Origin: Lishizhenia tianjinensis
GTDB lineage: Bacteria > Bacteroidota > Bacteroidia > Flavobacteriales_D > Crocinitomicaceae
Assembly (NCBI GenBank): GCA_945860455.1
Contig: CAMAQX010000001.1
Location: 1-42,082, forward strand
DNA: 42,082 bases
Reading direction: 5' to 3'
The stretch's first letter is position 1. Each line of letters begins with the position of its first letter. The position numbers and the translations under genes were made by a program. This document shows positions 1 to 9,075 of the stretch, one piece after another. Below the pieces are notes generated by a model, which saw only the letters and a program-made list of their open reading frames with translations, was not told where the DNA came from and made no database searches.

Positions 1-2
1 CA

Positions 3-26
3 TTGTTAAATTCAATTTGTTAAATT
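3..26. repeat. Two exact copies of the 10-mer TTGTTAAATT (3-12 and 17-26, 14-bp period) upstream of the rhodopsin gene
   Basis: Read directly: cat-TTGTTAAATT-caat-TTGTTAAATT-agc. It lies 85-108 nt upstream of the ATG at 111 and touches the window edge, so more copies could lie upstream. Confidence 0.6.
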
Positions 27-110
27 AGCATGTTGGATGGCAGATACCAAATTAAAAAACGCGGAGATACTGAAAATCCTTAAGAGTAGGGCTAAATAAT
101 TTTTTACATT

Positions 111-827
111 ATGGAACACTTAAAAATTGCGAGCGATAATTACGTAGCCTTTACGTTTTTTATCGGTACTATGGCTATGATGGCCGCTTCTGTTTTTTTC
201 TTTCTTGAATTGAGCAATACGTCTCAAAAATGGAGAACGTCTGTTCTCGTTTCGGGTTTAATAACCTTCATTGCAGCAGTACATTACTACTACATGAGAG
301 GTTACAATTTAGAAACTGGTGATTCACCAACATTCTTCCGATATGTTGACTGGATCCTAACAGTGCCTTTGATGTGTGTTGAGTTTTATTTAATAACCAA
401 AAAAGCAGGTGCTAAAATTGGTTTATTGTGGAAATTGATTGCTGCTTCTCTTATAATGTTATTGACGGGATATGCTGGTGAAGTTTTAGACAGAGACGGT
501 AGTGTATTGTGGGGAGTTTTGTCTGGTGCAGCTTACTTCTACATAGTTTACATCATCTGGTTTGGCGAAGTTGCTCAGTTGGCACAAACGGCTGGTCCAC
601 AGGTTGCAAAAGCAACAAAAATATTGGCTTGGTTTGTACTAGTTGGTTGGGCGATTTATCCTTTAGGTTATATTCTAGGAACTCCAGGTGGATTATTTGG
701 ATGGCAACCAATTGCTGACACTGCTGCAGCTATGAAAGCGATGGATATTGTATACAACATTGCAGATGCAATAAATAAAATTGGATTTGGTTTAGTTATA
801 TACGCTTTGTCTCGTTCAGAAGACTAA
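111..827 (+). CDS. Proteorhodopsin-family microbial rhodopsin, predicted green-absorbing outward proton pump
   Basis: 238-aa 7-TM ORF with ATG start. Helix C 'RYVDWILTVPLMCVEFY' aligns to proteorhodopsin 'RYIDWLLTVPLLICEFY', giving the D97/T101/E108 (DTE) triad. 'VHYYYMRG' keeps the His75 equivalent. 'GWAIYPLGY' is the retinal-pocket motif. Helix G 'YNIADAINKIGFG' carries the Asp227 and Schiff-base Lys231 equivalents. The position-105 equivalent is Met. No cleavable signal peptide. Confidence 0.9.
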   Translation: MEHLKIASDNYVAFTFFIGTMAMMAASVFFFLELSNTSQKWRTSVLVSGLITFIAAVHYYYMRGYNLETGDSPTFFRYVDWILTVPLMCVEFYLITKKAGAKIGLLWKLIAASLIMLLTGYAGEVLDRDGSVLWGVLSGAAYFYIVYIIWFGEVAQLAQTAGPQVAKATKILAWFVLVGWAIYPLGYILGTPGGLFGWQPIADTAAAMKAMDIVYNIADAINKIGFGLVIYALSRSED

Positions 828-854
828 TAGTATTTCTATTTTTTAAGTCGGAAT

Positions 855-894
855 AAAAAAGACGGAATTACCAAGTAATTCCGTCTTTTTTTTT
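855..894. terminator. Bidirectional intrinsic terminator between convergent rhodopsin and cmk genes
   Basis: Perfect 11-bp stem GACGGAATTAC (861-871) / GTAATTCCGTC (875-885) with 3-nt loop. It is flanked by A6 (855-860) and T9 (886-894), so a hairpin plus U-tract forms on either strand. Confidence 0.75.
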
Positions 895-987
895 GATTGC
901 TATTTTCAATTTTGATGCTGCTGGTAGAATTATAATCATCTGTAAAATACAGTCTATAAACTCCTACTCTTGATGACACTTTGATTC

Positions 988-1683
988 TTACGATTGTCCC
1001 TCTTTACTTAATACTAAATCTAATACCCATTTCAATTGCTCTGCGCGTGTAAAGTTTGAATTATCAAGAAAAACAGAATCTTTGGCTTGTGTTAAGGGGC
1101 TTTCTTTACGGTTTGAATCAATAAAATCGCGTTCAACCAAATTATCTTTTACTTCTTCCAAGGTCATATGGATTCCTTTGTGAGTAAGTTCCAAGAAACG
1201 CCGTTGCACTCGAACTTCAATTGATGCAGTTACGAATAATTTGAGATCTGCATGTGGAAAAACTACCGTTCCAATATCACGTCCATCCATGATAATTCCT
1301 CCTTTCTCCCCCATTTTCTGTTGCTCGTGTACTAATTTTTCACGCACCTCCTTAATTTCAGCAATTCTTGAGACTGAATTGGCAACATGTCCTTGGCGAA
1401 TTTCATTTTCGCAATTCTCGCCGTTTAAATAAATTGATTTATTTCCTTGATCATCGATTTTAAATTCAATGCTTATAGATGGAAGTGCATTGATAATTTC
1501 AGTTATTTGGATTTGATCTCCTGAAATCCAATTATTACGCAAACAAAACAAAGTTACAGCGCGATACATTGCACCGGAATCGATAAAGATATAGTTCAGG
1601 TGGGAAGCTAAATCTTTGGCAAGGGTGCTTTTTCCACAAGATGAAAAACCATCAATAGCAATGGTAAGCTTTTTAGTTTGCAT
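988..1683 (-). CDS. cmk: Cytidylate kinase
   Basis: 231 aa. N-terminal P-loop 'IAIDGFSSCGKSTLAKDLA', 'IDSGAMYRA' and 'DGRDIGTVVFP' are typical of Cmk. ATG at 1683, 10 nt after the stop of the upstream barrel gene. Confidence 0.92.
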   Translation of the reverse strand: MQTKKLTIAIDGFSSCGKSTLAKDLASHLNYIFIDSGAMYRAVTLFCLRNNWISGDQIQITEIINALPSISIEFKIDDQGNKSIYLNGENCENEIRQGHVANSVSRIAEIKEVREKLVHEQQKMGEKGGIIMDGRDIGTVVFPHADLKLFVTASIEVRVQRRFLELTHKGIHMTLEEVKDNLVERDFIDSNRKESPLTQAKDSVFLDNSNFTRAEQLKWVLDLVLSKEGQS

Positions 1684-1692
1684 GCAACAAAA

Positions 1693-2727
1693 CTACCTTT
1701 TTTTCCATTTACCTAACGAACTTGACAAACTTATTACATTGTTTGAACCCGCTTTTGAATAGATGACATATCCGTAATCCAATCGAAATCGTTTTGTTTT
1801 TACACCAATGCCCAAACTAAAACCTGCCATTCCAGGACGCATTTCAATTTTCATTTCTTGTCGCCTATGGTAATTAAAGCCCATTCTAAAAAACAAACTT
1901 TTGGAAATAGACAATTCAGTTGAAAGGGACAAATGACGCGCCATTTTCTCAACAAAATTGGCTTTGGCAACAGGAATAGTATCACCTGTTAAAGCATCAT
2001 AAGTTGGCAATGCATAAGGATCATTATAGGTTAAATCCCATTGATTCAAATGATGTAAAACAAGATAAAATCGAAAGGGAGCGTGTGCTAATTTATAGGA
2101 AAACCCCAATTGTAAATCAGCCGGAAGAATTCCTCGATCATTACTTGTATAATTCGCTAATTTGAACCCCGCATTCTTAAAAAGTGCCGTGGCCGTAAAT
2201 AGTTTATTGGGATGATTAAATGTTCCACTCAAATCAATTGACATTCCATATGCACTATAAGTTTCGAGATTTGAACCAATAAAATTAAAATTTCCTCCCA
2301 CTGAAATTACCGGATTCAATTGCTTTCCATAACCTAACCCAATAGCATACTCAAAAGGTCGAAATGAATTTGTTGGAGTTCCATTAGCTTCTGTTCCTTG
2401 AAATGTTCCGTAATCCACGTATTTTACATTGGCTGAACAAATACCTTTCAATCCTTTCTGTGCATATGCCACCATCCCATAGTTAATTCCCCCTGCTAAA
2501 AAAGCTTGATTAAAGGAAATGGATTGGTGCATTTTTTCATTCAAAACGGAAGGATTTAATATTCCTAAATTAAGATCATCATCAACACCAGAAATAAAAT
2601 ATCCTCCGGTTGAGGCAGTTCTAGCTGAATAGTCCATATTTAAAAATGGAAAAGAAAACCCACCTCCTGTCTGGGAAAATGTTAAAGATAAATGAATAAA
2701 CACGAGTAAAAAAACACAAATTTTCAT
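1693..2727 (-). CDS. Outer-membrane beta-barrel protein, PorQ-like (type IX secretion-associated) family; family assignment tentative
   Basis: I take the internal ATG at 2727 (MKICVFLLVFIHLSLTFSQ signal peptide) rather than the track start at 2769. It has alternating beta-strand pattern, a C-terminal aromatic-rich strand, and an N-terminal 'FPFLNMDYSARTASTGG' motif resembling PorQ/PorV-type barrels. The position immediately upstream of cmk matches my recollection of porQ-cmk synteny in Porphyromonas. Confidence 0.5.
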   Translation of the reverse strand: MKICVFLLVFIHLSLTFSQTGGGFSFPFLNMDYSARTASTGGYFISGVDDDLNLGILNPSVLNEKMHQSISFNQAFLAGGINYGMVAYAQKGLKGICSANVKYVDYGTFQGTEANGTPTNSFRPFEYAIGLGYGKQLNPVISVGGNFNFIGSNLETYSAYGMSIDLSGTFNHPNKLFTATALFKNAGFKLANYTSNDRGILPADLQLGFSYKLAHAPFRFYLVLHHLNQWDLTYNDPYALPTYDALTGDTIPVAKANFVEKMARHLSLSTELSISKSLFFRMGFNYHRRQEMKIEMRPGMAGFSLGIGVKTKRFRLDYGYVIYSKAGSNNVISLSSSLGKWKKR

Positions 2728-2908
2728 ATAAAACAAACGCTTAAAATTGTAATTAATTGTTAAAACCAATGGCTAATTTTATCAATAAAGAAACAGAACA
2801 CAAAAATACAATTTTATTATTTCTTGTAAATTTTAATAAATGCTATAAATCACCGTTATTTTTTTTCCATTTTGTCGTTACTTATTCAAATCCTTAAAAC
2901 TCTTTATC

Positions 2909-3076
2909 ATGAAAACAACAGCCACACCGAAAGACATTTTATTTGTTGCAATGCTATCTATCACTTGTTTAGTTGGCTATTTGGGTTTTTCACAATCAGC
3001 CAAAATAAAATCTGAAAAGCAGCAACTTTCAAATTCTGAAAATTTCGTTTCTACCACATTAACACAAAAGAAATAA
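2909..3076 (+). CDS. Small (55 aa) single-TM membrane protein, hypothetical; not in the supplied ORF track (<60 aa)
   Basis: ATG at 2909, TAA at 3074-3076. Product is MKTTATPKDILFVAMLSITCLVGYLGFSQSAKIKSEKQQLSNSENFVSTTLTQKK, with one hydrophobic helix and a polar tail. It is followed 28 nt later by a strong intrinsic terminator, suggesting its own transcription unit. Confidence 0.4.
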   Translation: MKTTATPKDILFVAMLSITCLVGYLGFSQSAKIKSEKQQLSNSENFVSTTLTQKK

Positions 3077-3104
3077 TTGCTTGATATCTCTTTTTAATAA
3101 GCTA

Positions 3105-3131
3105 AAGCCCGTCAGTGACGGGCTTTTTTTT
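3105..3131 (+). terminator. Intrinsic terminator downstream of the small ORF, just upstream of valS
   Basis: Perfect 9-bp stem AAGCCCGTC (3105-3113) / GACGGGCTT (3117-3125), 3-nt loop, then a T-run to 3131. Confidence 0.75.
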
Positions 3132-3152
3132 ATCTTTGTAAAAAAATGATAG

Positions 3153-5780
3153 ATGGAAATTCCTAAAACATACGATCCTAGAAGTACGGAAAATAAATGG
3201 TATCAATACTGGATAGAAAAAGGTTACTTTTCTTCAACTCCTGATGAACGTGAAGCATATACTGTGGTAATACCACCACCAAACGTTACTGGCGTTTTGC
3301 ACATGGGACATATGTTGAATATCACTATTCAAGACGTTCTTGTTAGAAGGGCAAGGATGTTAGGAAAAAATGCTTGTTGGGTTCCTGGAACTGATCATGC
3401 CTCCATTGCTACAGAAGCAAAGGTTGTTCAAAAATTACGCGAACAAGGTATAAAAAAATCAGATTTATCGCGTGATGAATTCTTGAAACATGCCTTCGAA
3501 TGGAAAGATAAACATGGTGGCATCATCCTAGAACAGTTGAAAAAATTGGGCGCTTCATGTGATTGGGATAGAACTCATTTTACAATGGATAAAGAATATT
3601 CTGAGTCTGTGATTTCCGTTTTTATTGATTTGTATGAAAAAGGAAAAATTTACCGTGGATTGCGCATGGTTAATTGGGATCCTGAGGCCTTAACGGCACT
3701 TTCTGATGAGGAAGTACTTTTTAAGGAAGTAAATTCCAAATTGTTTTTTGTTCGCTATAAAATTGAAAATTCCGAAGACGATTGGTTAACCATCGCCACA
3801 ACAAGACCGGAAACCATTTTAGGAGATTCTGCCATCTGCGTTAACCCAACAGATGATCGTTATAAAAAATACATCGGTAAAAACGTTATTGTTCCAATTA
3901 CAAATAGAATAATTCCAATCATTGCCGACGAATACGTTGAAATAGATTTTGGTACGGGTTGTTTAAAGGTAACTCCCGCTCATGATACCAATGACTATGA
4001 TTTGGGTAAAAAATACAACCTCGAAACAATTGATATTTTTAACGCAAACGGAACATTGAATACTCATGGTTTACATTATGCTGGGCAGGATCGATTTGAC
4101 GTTCGGAAATTAATCGAAAAGGAACTCGATGAAAAGGGGTATTTAGTTAAAACAGAAGACCACGTAAATAAAGTAGGTTTTTCCGAAAGAACAAATGCAG
4201 TAATCGAACCGCGGCTTTCATTGCAATGGTTTGTAAGTATGAAAGAATTGGCTGAGCCTGCCCTGGAAAACGTACAAAATGGGAATATTCAATTTTATCC
4301 AGAAAAATTTAAAAACACATACCGACATTGGATAGAAAACATCAAAGATTGGTGTATTTCTAGACAACTTTGGTGGGGACATCGCATTCCAGCTTGGTAC
4401 TACGGGACAAATACGGAAGATTTTGTAGTTGCACGAACGCAGGAGGAAGCGATTGAATTAGCCAAGAAAAAATCAGGGAAAGAAATACAGATTTCAGATT
4501 TAAAGCAAGATGAAGATGTACTTGATACATGGTTTTCTAGTTGGCTTTGGCCTATTTCTGTTTTCAATGGATTAACGCAACCGGGTAATGACGAAATAAA
4601 ATATTATTATCCAACCAATGATTTAGTTACAGCTCCTGAAATCATGTTTTTTTGGGTAGCGCGAATGATTATCGCAGGGTACGAATACCTTGGTGATCTT
4701 CCTTTTAAAAATGTTTATTACACCGGAATTGTTCGCGATAAACTAGGAAGAAAAATGTCCAAATCACTTGGGAATTCGCCCGATCCATTAGATCTAATTG
4801 AAAATTACGGTGCTGACGGTGTTCGCGTGGGAATATTAATTTCTTCCCCTGCCGGAAATGATTTACCATTTGATAGCTCACAATGCGAACAAGGTAGAAA
4901 TTTCACCAACAAAGTATGGAATGCATACAGATTAGTTTCTTCTTGGGAAATTCGAGAATTCGAGCAACCTGAGTCATCCCATAAAGCAATTCAATGGTTC
5001 GAAGCTAAATTCAATAAATCACTCGTTGAAATTAATGATGCGTTTGATAAATTTAGAATTTCAGAGGCTTTAATGTATATCTACAAATTAGTGTGGGATG
5101 ATTTCTGTTCGTGGTATTTAGAAATGATTAAACCAGGATATGAGCAACCAATTGATGCAAAAACAATTGCAGTCACTACATTTTATTTTGGTGAATTACT
5201 TAAAATCATGCAAACTTTTACGCCGTTTGTTTCTGAAGAACTTTGGCATTTACTGGAAAAAAGAGATGAAGGGGATGATATTGTTGTTGCAAAATGGCCA
5301 ACCGTTCAACCGATTAATGAGGATATTTTAACCCAATTTGATTACATGGAAAAAGTAGTTAGTCAAATTAGAACTATTCGCAAAGAACAAAACATTGCCA
5401 ATAAGATAAAATTAGAGCTTTTCATAAAAAAGAATCAAGTAATTGATTCTCGATTCGATTCAGCAATTCAAAAAATGGGGAATCTTTCCATTTTAGAGTA
5501 TATAACGGAAAAAATACCTCAAAGTAATTCTTTTATTGTTGAATCGAATGAGTACTTCATTCCCTTTGGAGATACAATCAATTTGGAAAGTGAGAAAGAA
5601 AAACTAAAGGCCGATTTAAAATACACCAATAGCTTTCTAGAAAGTGTTCGAAAAAAACTAACCAACGAAAAATTTATGGCCGGTGCGCCTGATCAAGTAG
5701 TAATTGGAGAGCGTAAAAAAGAAGCTGACGCATTAAACAAGATTGCTGTTTTAGAGGAAAAAATTGCAGAGTTGTCTTAA
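3153..5780 (+). CDS. valS: Valine--tRNA ligase
   Basis: 875 aa. Class I signatures 'PPPNVTGVLHMGHM' (HIGH) and 'KMSKSLGN' (KMSKS), CP1 editing insertion, C-terminal coiled coil. A TATCTTTG (TAnnTTTG) box at 3131-3138 lies 14 nt before the ATG. Confidence 0.97.
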   Translation: MEIPKTYDPRSTENKWYQYWIEKGYFSSTPDEREAYTVVIPPPNVTGVLHMGHMLNITIQDVLVRRARMLGKNACWVPGTDHASIATEAKVVQKLREQGIKKSDLSRDEFLKHAFEWKDKHGGIILEQLKKLGASCDWDRTHFTMDKEYSESVISVFIDLYEKGKIYRGLRMVNWDPEALTALSDEEVLFKEVNSKLFFVRYKIENSEDDWLTIATTRPETILGDSAICVNPTDDRYKKYIGKNVIVPITNRIIPIIADEYVEIDFGTGCLKVTPAHDTNDYDLGKKYNLETIDIFNANGTLNTHGLHYAGQDRFDVRKLIEKELDEKGYLVKTEDHVNKVGFSERTNAVIEPRLSLQWFVSMKELAEPALENVQNGNIQFYPEKFKNTYRHWIENIKDWCISRQLWWGHRIPAWYYGTNTEDFVVARTQEEAIELAKKKSGKEIQISDLKQDEDVLDTWFSSWLWPISVFNGLTQPGNDEIKYYYPTNDLVTAPEIMFFWVARMIIAGYEYLGDLPFKNVYYTGIVRDKLGRKMSKSLGNSPDPLDLIENYGADGVRVGILISSPAGNDLPFDSSQCEQGRNFTNKVWNAYRLVSSWEIREFEQPESSHKAIQWFEAKFNKSLVEINDAFDKFRISEALMYIYKLVWDDFCSWYLEMIKPGYEQPIDAKTIAVTTFYFGELLKIMQTFTPFVSEELWHLLEKRDEGDDIVVAKWPTVQPINEDILTQFDYMEKVVSQIRTIRKEQNIANKIKLELFIKKNQVIDSRFDSAIQKMGNLSILEYITEKIPQSNSFIVESNEYFIPFGDTINLESEKEKLKADLKYTNSFLESVRKKLTNEKFMAGAPDQVVIGERKKEADALNKIAVLEEKIAELS

Positions 5781-5793
5781 TTAGAACTTATTC

Positions 5794-6534
5794 TCAAAGA
5801 AACTTGATTTCTTTTACCTCGAATAGGAGTTCATTATTGTTGTAATTTACACGTAGTTTACCAAATGGATCAACTCCCGTAATTTCTCCTTGAAATTCAC
5901 CTAACTGTAAACAGTAATAGGTGGAAATTAAGTTGAGTTGATATAAATTTTTAAGATACATATTGTTTAAAATATTTCTGCCTAATTCGATACATGAGAA
6001 ATACTCATTCAATTTATTCAATAGCCGTTCTAAAACATCAATTCTATTTTGCTCAATTCCAAGCTGTTCTCTCAAACTTGTAGCGTTTAAATTCTCAAAT
6101 TTCAACTGATTAACATTTAATCCAACTCCGATAATCGAGCTTACAATTTTACTTCCGACTAGTTGATTTTCTATTAAGATCCCACCTATTTTCACCCCTT
6201 GAACCACTATATCATTGGGCCACTTAATTTGTGCTTTAATTCCCAAATCATTCAAAGTACTGCAAACAGAAACAGCAGTATATTGCATTAATGTTAATTG
6301 ATTTGTCACTGACAAATTGTCTAAGGTAATATATACAGAAAAAAGTAAGTTCTTTCCTACTTCAGAAACCCATACAGCCTCTCGTTGACCTCGTCCTTGT
6401 GTTTGCTCATCTGACAGAATGACTTGACCAAATTCCACTTTTCGCTCTTTTAACAAATTGGCAGTATAGTTGTTCGTAGAGTACGTGCAATTCAAGTATA
6501 TGATTGAGTTACCTATTTTAGTGTTTTTTTTCAA
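5794..6534 (-). CDS. birA: Biotin--[acetyl-CoA-carboxylase] ligase (group I, no HTH domain)
   Basis: 246 aa. 'GRGQREAVW' (GRGRxGRxW-type biotin loop) and 'KWPNDI' motifs. The start codon is TTG (6532-6534, followed by A8). There is no in-frame ATG in the first ~80 codons. Confidence 0.85.
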   Translation of the reverse strand: MKKNTKIGNSIIYLNCTYSTNNYTANLLKERKVEFGQVILSDEQTQGRGQREAVWVSEVGKNLLFSVYITLDNLSVTNQLTLMQYTAVSVCSTLNDLGIKAQIKWPNDIVVQGVKIGGILIENQLVGSKIVSSIIGVGLNVNQLKFENLNATSLREQLGIEQNRIDVLERLLNKLNEYFSCIELGRNILNNMYLKNLYQLNLISTYYCLQLGEFQGEITGVDPFGKLRVNYNNNELLFEVKEIKFL

Positions 6535-6574
6535 TTTGATTGTGATAACAAGGGTTAACGAAAATAATATTACG

Positions 6575-6582
6575 TAAATTTG
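6575..6582 (+). promoter_or_regulatory. Candidate Bacteroidota -7 promoter box (TAAATTTG) for rsfS-ftsH-cdsA-psd
   Basis: Matches the TAnnTTTG consensus, 16 nt upstream of the rsfS ATG. No well-spaced -33 TTTG was seen. Confidence 0.3.
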
Positions 6583-6598
6583 TAAGAATCAAAGATAC

Positions 6599-6976
6599 AT
6601 GAGCAAAACGAAAAAACAAAGTGAATCAAGTAAGTTGTGTGAAACAATAATTGAGGGAATGCAAGACAACAAAGCTAAGGACATTGTGGTGTTAGATTTA
6701 CGAGAAATTGAAAGCGCTGTTTGTGATTTTTTTGTTATCTGTAGTGGAGAATCCTCAACACAAGTAGATGGTATTGCAGAATCAATAAGTCGTAATACCC
6801 GAAAAAATTTAAAACAAAGACCTTGGCACATAGAAGGAAAATCCAAAAGCGAATGGGTATTATTAGATTACTTCGATGTTGTAGCTCACGTATTTTATAA
6901 AGATACACGTTCATTCTTTGACATTGAAGACCTTTGGTCGGATGCAATTCGTACAGACATTCCAAATTTGAATTAA
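6599..6976 (+). CDS. rsfS: Ribosome silencing factor RsfS (Iojap family)
   Basis: 125 aa. 'DIVVLDLREIESAVCDFFVICSGESSTQVDGIAESI' and 'WVLLDYFDVVAHVF' are typical RsfS blocks. Confidence 0.9.
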   Translation: MSKTKKQSESSKLCETIIEGMQDNKAKDIVVLDLREIESAVCDFFVICSGESSTQVDGIAESISRNTRKNLKQRPWHIEGKSKSEWVLLDYFDVVAHVFYKDTRSFFDIEDLWSDAIRTDIPNLN

Positions 6977-6981
6977 TTAAC

Positions 6982-9060
6982 ATGGCAAATAATAACAAAA
7001 AAAGCCCCTTCTCCATTTACTATATTTATGCCATTATTGGTGTTGCAATTATAGCATTTCAACTATTCATGAATGGCGGAAGTGAAACAAAAATTAACAC
7101 CAAACAAACATTTTTCACTCTTGTTGAGAAAAAAGGTGTTCAAAAAGTAAGGATTATCAATCGCGAAAAGGTAAAATTTGAACTGAATCAAACGGGTCTT
7201 CAATTAGTGTCAAACAGCACCGATGCTGATTTTAAAGCTATGGTCAAAGCACTTACGAAGGAATCGCCGAAAAAAGATAAGAAAGTAGTTTTTATCCTAG
7301 AAGAAATTGGTGACTTGGGTAATTTTGAAAATGAAATAAAATCTAGAGATCCCGCCTTATCTTATGAGGCTGATAAAGAAACAGATTGGTTAGGTCAAAT
7401 TTTATCTTTCTTACTCCCTATTCTTATACTTGTAGCTATCTGGATGTTTGTTATGCGTCGCATGACCGGTGGTGGTGGCGGTGGTGGTGGCGGAAGTCAA
7501 ATTTTCAACATCGGAAAATCGCGGGCCCAAGTATACGATAAAGGGAAATCTACCAATATAACATTTGCAGATGTAGCAGGTCTTGAGGGAGCAAAAGAAG
7601 AAATTGTTGAGATTGTTGACTTTCTTAAAAACCCAAAAAAATACACTGAGCTTGGAGCAAAAATTCCAAAAGGTGCATTGCTAGTTGGTCCTCCAGGTAC
7701 TGGTAAAACCCTATTAGCAAAGGCTGTAGCGGGTGAAGCAAAAGTTCCATTTTTCTCGCTATCAGGATCTGACTTTGTTGAGATGTTCGTTGGAGTTGGT
7801 GCTTCTCGGGTACGAGACTTATTCAAACAAGCAAAAGAAAAAGCTCCTGCAATCATTTTTATAGATGAAATTGACGCTATTGGTCGAGCAAGGGGGAAAA
7901 ATAATGGATTTAATTCAAATGACGAAAGAGAAAACACACTAAATCAACTACTTACTGAGATGGATGGGTTTGGTACAAATTCAGGTGTGATTATCTTAGC
8001 TGCAACCAATCGTGCAGACGTTTTAGATAGCGCCTTGATGCGTGCTGGTAGATTTGATCGTCAAATTTATGTTGACATGCCTGATTTGAACGAAAGAAGA
8101 GCAATTTTCCTAGTACACCTTAAGCCATTGAAATTAGCTGAAGGATTGGATATCGATTTCCTTTCTAAACAAACACCTGGTTTCTCAGGAGCTGACATTG
8201 CCAATCTTTGTAATGAAGCAGCGTTAATTGCTGCCAGAAAAGACAAAAAACAGGTTGAAAAACAAGACTTTTTAGATGCTGTTGATCGAATTGTTGGTGG
8301 TTTAGAGAAAAAAAATAAAATAATTACCACTGAAGAAAAAGAAGTAATTGCATTTCATGAGGCTGGTCACGCTACAATTTCGTGGTTGTTAGAATTCGCT
8401 CATCCTTTAGTGAAAGTTACAATTGTTCCCCGCGGACAATCCCTTGGAGCTGCCTGGTATTTGCCAGAAGAACGAACAATCACAACTACAGAACAAATAC
8501 TCGATCAAATGTGCTCGGCATTAGGCGGTAGAGCAGCTGAGGAAGTGATTTTCGGTAGGATTAGCACTGGAGCCCTTTCCGATTTAGAAAAAGTTACCAA
8601 ACAAGCGTATGCGATGGTTTCAATTTATGGATTAAACAAACGTGTTGGTAACATATCCTTTTATGATTCTCAAGGACGTGATACGTTCACAAAACCATAT
8701 TCTGAGGACACGGCTAAAATTATTGACGAAGAAGTGAGTAAACTTATTGAGGGTCAATATCAACGAGCGGTTGAAGTTTTGAAAGAAAACAAGGAAAAAC
8801 TAGAAGAATTAGCCAATAAATTGTTAACATCAGAGGTGATTTTTAAGGAAGATTTGGAAGCTATCTTCGGTAAACGTATATGGGATAAGGAAGAGCCAAA
8901 CACAGAAGAAATTGAAGCTGAAATAATTTCGGAAACTACGACTAGTTTGCCTCCTTCTGAACAAGCAACTGAAAGCCCTAGTGAAGTTTCTGATGATTCT
9001 GCAGAACAGAAAGAAGAAAATGGAAATAAAGGAGAATCCAACGAATCTTCCAAAGAATAA
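6982..9060 (+). CDS. ftsH: ATP-dependent zinc metalloprotease FtsH
   Basis: I start at ATG 6982 (MANNNKK...) because the track start at 6934 overlaps rsfS. Two TM segments, Walker A 'GPPGTGKT', Walker B 'IIFIDEIDA', SRH, Zn site 'HEAGHA'. A Gly9 linker lies at 7468-7494, and the C-terminal tail is acidic and Ser-rich. Confidence 0.95.
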   Translation: MANNNKKSPFSIYYIYAIIGVAIIAFQLFMNGGSETKINTKQTFFTLVEKKGVQKVRIINREKVKFELNQTGLQLVSNSTDADFKAMVKALTKESPKKDKKVVFILEEIGDLGNFENEIKSRDPALSYEADKETDWLGQILSFLLPILILVAIWMFVMRRMTGGGGGGGGGSQIFNIGKSRAQVYDKGKSTNITFADVAGLEGAKEEIVEIVDFLKNPKKYTELGAKIPKGALLVGPPGTGKTLLAKAVAGEAKVPFFSLSGSDFVEMFVGVGASRVRDLFKQAKEKAPAIIFIDEIDAIGRARGKNNGFNSNDERENTLNQLLTEMDGFGTNSGVIILAATNRADVLDSALMRAGRFDRQIYVDMPDLNERRAIFLVHLKPLKLAEGLDIDFLSKQTPGFSGADIANLCNEAALIAARKDKKQVEKQDFLDAVDRIVGGLEKKNKIITTEEKEVIAFHEAGHATISWLLEFAHPLVKVTIVPRGQSLGAAWYLPEERTITTTEQILDQMCSALGGRAAEEVIFGRISTGALSDLEKVTKQAYAMVSIYGLNKRVGNISFYDSQGRDTFTKPYSEDTAKIIDEEVSKLIEGQYQRAVEVLKENKEKLEELANKLLTSEVIFKEDLEAIFGKRIWDKEEPNTEEIEAEIISETTTSLPPSEQATESPSEVSDDSAEQKEENGNKGESNESSKE

Positions 9061-9075
9061 GACAAGCCAATTTGT

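Noticed and set aside
2909-3152. Small ORF plus terminator as a transcription-attenuation leader for valS
   Set aside because: The peptide has only 3 Val among 55 residues and no Val-codon run. No alternative antiterminator pairing is evident. A TAnnTTTG box lies between the terminator and valS, suggesting that valS has its own promoter.
6934-6981. Upstream start for ftsH overlapping rsfS by 43 nt
   Set aside because: The peptide MVGCNSYRHSKFELIN is not FtsH-like. ATG 6982 lies 3 nt after the rsfS stop codon (6977-6979) and yields the usual basic N-terminus before TM1.
7468-7494. GGT/GGC trinucleotide repeat as a tandem-repeat or phase-variation locus
   Set aside because: It is an in-frame Gly9 linker after TM2 of FtsH, with interrupted codon usage (GGT GGT GGT GGC GGT GGT GGT GGC GGA). 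Any slippage in units of 3 only changes linker length.
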